A stretch of DNA of 64,000 bases from Deltaproteobacteria bacterium. Its GTDB lineage: Bacteria; Myxococcota_A; Polyangia; Fen-1088. The DNA is taken from the NCBI GenBank assembly GCA_033763315.1, contig JANRKS010000021.1, forward strand, positions 74,205 to 138,204. Direction: 5' to 3'. A model generated the notes under the pieces. The model did no database searches. It worked only from the letters and a program-made list of their open reading frames with translations, and was not told the origin of the DNA. Positions 61,801 to 64,000 of this stretch are shown here, piece after piece; the stretch's first letter is position 1; each line of letters starts with the position of its first letter. The position numbers were made by a program, and so were the translations under genes.

Positions 61801-63987
61801 GTGAGCCAAGAATCCAAACGCCCCTATCCCAAGTGGGATGACGCCTACGCCGCCAAACTCGACCCCGTGCAGAAGTTGGTTTACCGCTCGAACCTCTTGG
61901 GTTCAGACCAGCGGATAACCAACACCGGCGGCGGCAACACATCCGCCAAGCTCATCGAAAAAGATCCGATCACCAACGAAGATGTTGAAGTGCTTTGGGT
62001 CAAAGGCTCGGGCGGCGATTTGCGTACATCAAAAAAGGATGGATTTGCTTCGCTTTACCAAAAGCGCTTGATTGGCTTGCAAGAGCTTTACGCACGCTTC
62101 CCCAACCGGGGCGCGAAGACGGAAGCTGAAGACAAGATGGTCGACATGTACAAACACTCGACCTTCAACCTCAACCCGCGCGCGGCCTCGATCGACACGC
62201 CGCTACACTCGTTCGTGCCACGCAAGCAAGTGGATCACATGCACCCGAACTCGGTGATCTCGATCGCCGCTTGTAAAGATCGCGAGAAGCTGACGCAGGA
62301 AGTGTTCGGCGGTGAACTTGATTACATGAACTGGCTCCGCCCCGGCTTCGAATTGGGCCTCGAATTGCAGGAGATCTGCAAGAAGAACCCGAAGGCCAAA
62401 GGCGCGATCATGGGTCAACACGGCGTGATCAACTGGGCCGATGACGATAAGACTTGTTATGAGCTGACGATCGACTTGATCGAGAAGGCCGATGCTTACA
62501 TCGCCAAGTGCGATAAGGGCGAGAAGACTTTTGGCGGCAAGAAATTCGAGACACTTCCTGAAAGCAAGCGCCACGCGGTGCTCGCCGAAGTGCTGCCGTT
62601 CATCCGCGGCCAGATCACGTTCAAGGGCCAACGCTTGATCGGAACCATCCAAGACGACGAAACGATGATGCGTTACGTGAACTCAGTGGACGCGCCTCGT
62701 TTGGCCGACGTTGGCACAAGCTGTCCGGATCACTTCTTGCGCACGAAGATCAAGCCGCTGTACGTGAATTGGGATCCTTCCAAAGAAGACGTCGCCGCAC
62801 TCAAAACCAAGCTGACCGCTGGCTTAGAAGCTTATCGCCAAGGCTACAAGGCGTACTACGAGCGCTGCAAGCGTCCCGACTCGCCCGCTATGCGCAACCC
62901 AAACCCATCGGTTGTGTTGATTCCGGGTTGCGGCATGATCGCTTGGGGCAAAACGAAATCAGAAAGCCGCGTCACAGCTGAATTTTATAACTGCGCGGTT
63001 GAGGTTATGCGCGGCGCAGAAGCCATCAGCGAATACGTCGCTTTGCCGGAGCAAGAAGCATTCGACATCGAGTACTGGGCGCTCGAAGAAGCGAAGCTGC
63101 GCCGCATGCCGGCCGAAGAAGAGCTTTCACGCCAAGTGGTGGCTGTGATCGGTGCGGGCAACGGCATCGGCAAACAGGTGGCCATCCGCTTGATGAAGGA
63201 AGGCGCCACAGTGGCCTGCATCGATCGCGACTTGGAAGCGGCGCGTGCCACAGCCAAAGAGCTCGAAGGCGTTTACGGCGTGGGCATCGGCGTGGCAGGC
63301 ACGGGCATATCCGGTTCTGGTCCAGTGGTGGGCTTGGCGGCCGACATCACAAGCCGCGAAAGCGTTCGTGCGGCCTTGCAGCAGATTGTGTTGGCTTACG
63401 GTGGCATTGACACAGTCGTCGTCACGGCCGGCATCTTTGTGCCACCCGATAAAACGGGGCACATTGGCGATGACAAGTGGGGACTCACCTATGACATCAA
63501 CGTGATTGGGCCTTACTTGGTGGCTGACGAAGCCACGGCGATCTGGAAGGCACAAGGCACGCCAGGCAACTTCGTGATGACAACGTCAGTCAACGCCGCT
63601 GTGGCCAAGAAAGGCAGTGTCGCCTACGACACATCGAAGGCCGCCGCGAACCACTTGGTGCGCGAACTGGCCGTCGAGTTGGCGCCCTTGGTTCGCGTGA
63701 ACGCCGTGGCGCCCGCCACAGTGGTCAAAGGCAGCACCATGTTCCCGCGCGACCGCGTCATCTCATCGTTGGCCAAGTACAACATCGCCCACGACGAATC
63801 CGAATCAACCGAAGCGCTGCGCGACAAACTGGCGCAGTTCTACGCCGATCGCACGCTGCTCAAGCAACCCATTACACCTGAAGACCAGGCAGAAGCTGTG
63901 TTCTTGCTGGTGTCGAACCGCCTGCCCCGCACCACGGGACAGGTCATCAACGTCGACGGCGGATTGACCGACGCGTTCTTGCGCTAA
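61801..63987 (+). CDS. rhaD: Bifunctional rhamnulose-1-phosphate aldolase / short-chain dehydrogenase
   Basis: TNTGGGNTSAK, WVKGSGGDL, SIDTPLH, DHMHP, GTSCPDHFLRTK, FDIEYWALEEAKL; SDR GAGNGIG, YDTSK; AAGGAG RBS. Confidence 0.92.
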   Translation: MSQESKRPYPKWDDAYAAKLDPVQKLVYRSNLLGSDQRITNTGGGNTSAKLIEKDPITNEDVEVLWVKGSGGDLRTSKKDGFASLYQKRLIGLQELYARFPNRGAKTEAEDKMVDMYKHSTFNLNPRAASIDTPLHSFVPRKQVDHMHPNSVISIAACKDREKLTQEVFGGELDYMNWLRPGFELGLELQEICKKNPKAKGAIMGQHGVINWADDDKTCYELTIDLIEKADAYIAKCDKGEKTFGGKKFETLPESKRHAVLAEVLPFIRGQITFKGQRLIGTIQDDETMMRYVNSVDAPRLADVGTSCPDHFLRTKIKPLYVNWDPSKEDVAALKTKLTAGLEAYRQGYKAYYERCKRPDSPAMRNPNPSVVLIPGCGMIAWGKTKSESRVTAEFYNCAVEVMRGAEAISEYVALPEQEAFDIEYWALEEAKLRRMPAEEELSRQVVAVIGAGNGIGKQVAIRLMKEGATVACIDRDLEAARATAKELEGVYGVGIGVAGTGISGSGPVVGLAADITSRESVRAALQQIVLAYGGIDTVVVTAGIFVPPDKTGHIGDDKWGLTYDINVIGPYLVADEATAIWKAQGTPGNFVMTTSVNAAVAKKGSVAYDTSKAAANHLVRELAVELAPLVRVNAVAPATVVKGSTMFPRDRVISSLAKYNIAHDESESTEALRDKLAQFYADRTLLKQPITPEDQAEAVFLLVSNRLPRTTGQVINVDGGLTDAFLR

Positions 63988-64000
63988 CCGCGCCGCATCG

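Noticed and set aside
1-64000. rRNA, tRNA, IS/transposase, integrase or prophage genes
   Set aside because: None recognised by eye: coding density is high and no such motifs were seen. A covariance-model search was not possible.

Overview
GC-rich bacterial window with a myxobacteria-like gene set (Ser/Thr kinase-ATPase-TPR protein, FHA-sigma54 activator, Gly-rich lipoproteins); the taxon is inferred from gene content only. (1) ~1-29.9 kb: a glycolipid-type biosynthetic region. It has two MMPL transporters (one cut by the left edge), several glycosyltransferases, and an unusual nonulosonic-acid operon (SpsF-like cytidylyltransferase, split transketolase, class-III aminotransferase, SDR, KdsC-like phosphatase, short NeuB, candidate CMP-ulosonate transferase). 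It also has a fatty-acid hydroxylase, a flippase and a three-gene operon (reductase; KS-AT-ACP-KR-DH PKS fused to an SPT/AONS-like PLP domain; E2-like acyltransferase). I interpret this as a candidate pathway to a sialylated glycosphingolipid. (2) 35.2-51.1 kb: a HlyD + C39-peptidase ABC + second ABC export operon and a 134-aa precursor with six tandem KAGG|Lx(S)xNHNR cassettes. The precursor lies behind a sigma54-type promoter and 10-bp phased repeats, divergent from an FHA-sigma54 activator and flanked by TPR and kinase genes. This is a candidate multi-copy peptide signalling/RiPP system with no modifying enzyme in the window. (3) Housekeeping or metabolic genes: amtB, TauE, 2H phosphoesterase, GH31-like, DksA/TraR, a degenerate MalQ, D-2-hydroxyacid dehydrogenase, a split L-rhamnose catabolic locus, dgt, acyl-CoA desaturase and a response regulator. 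I saw no rRNA, tRNA, CRISPR or mobile element.
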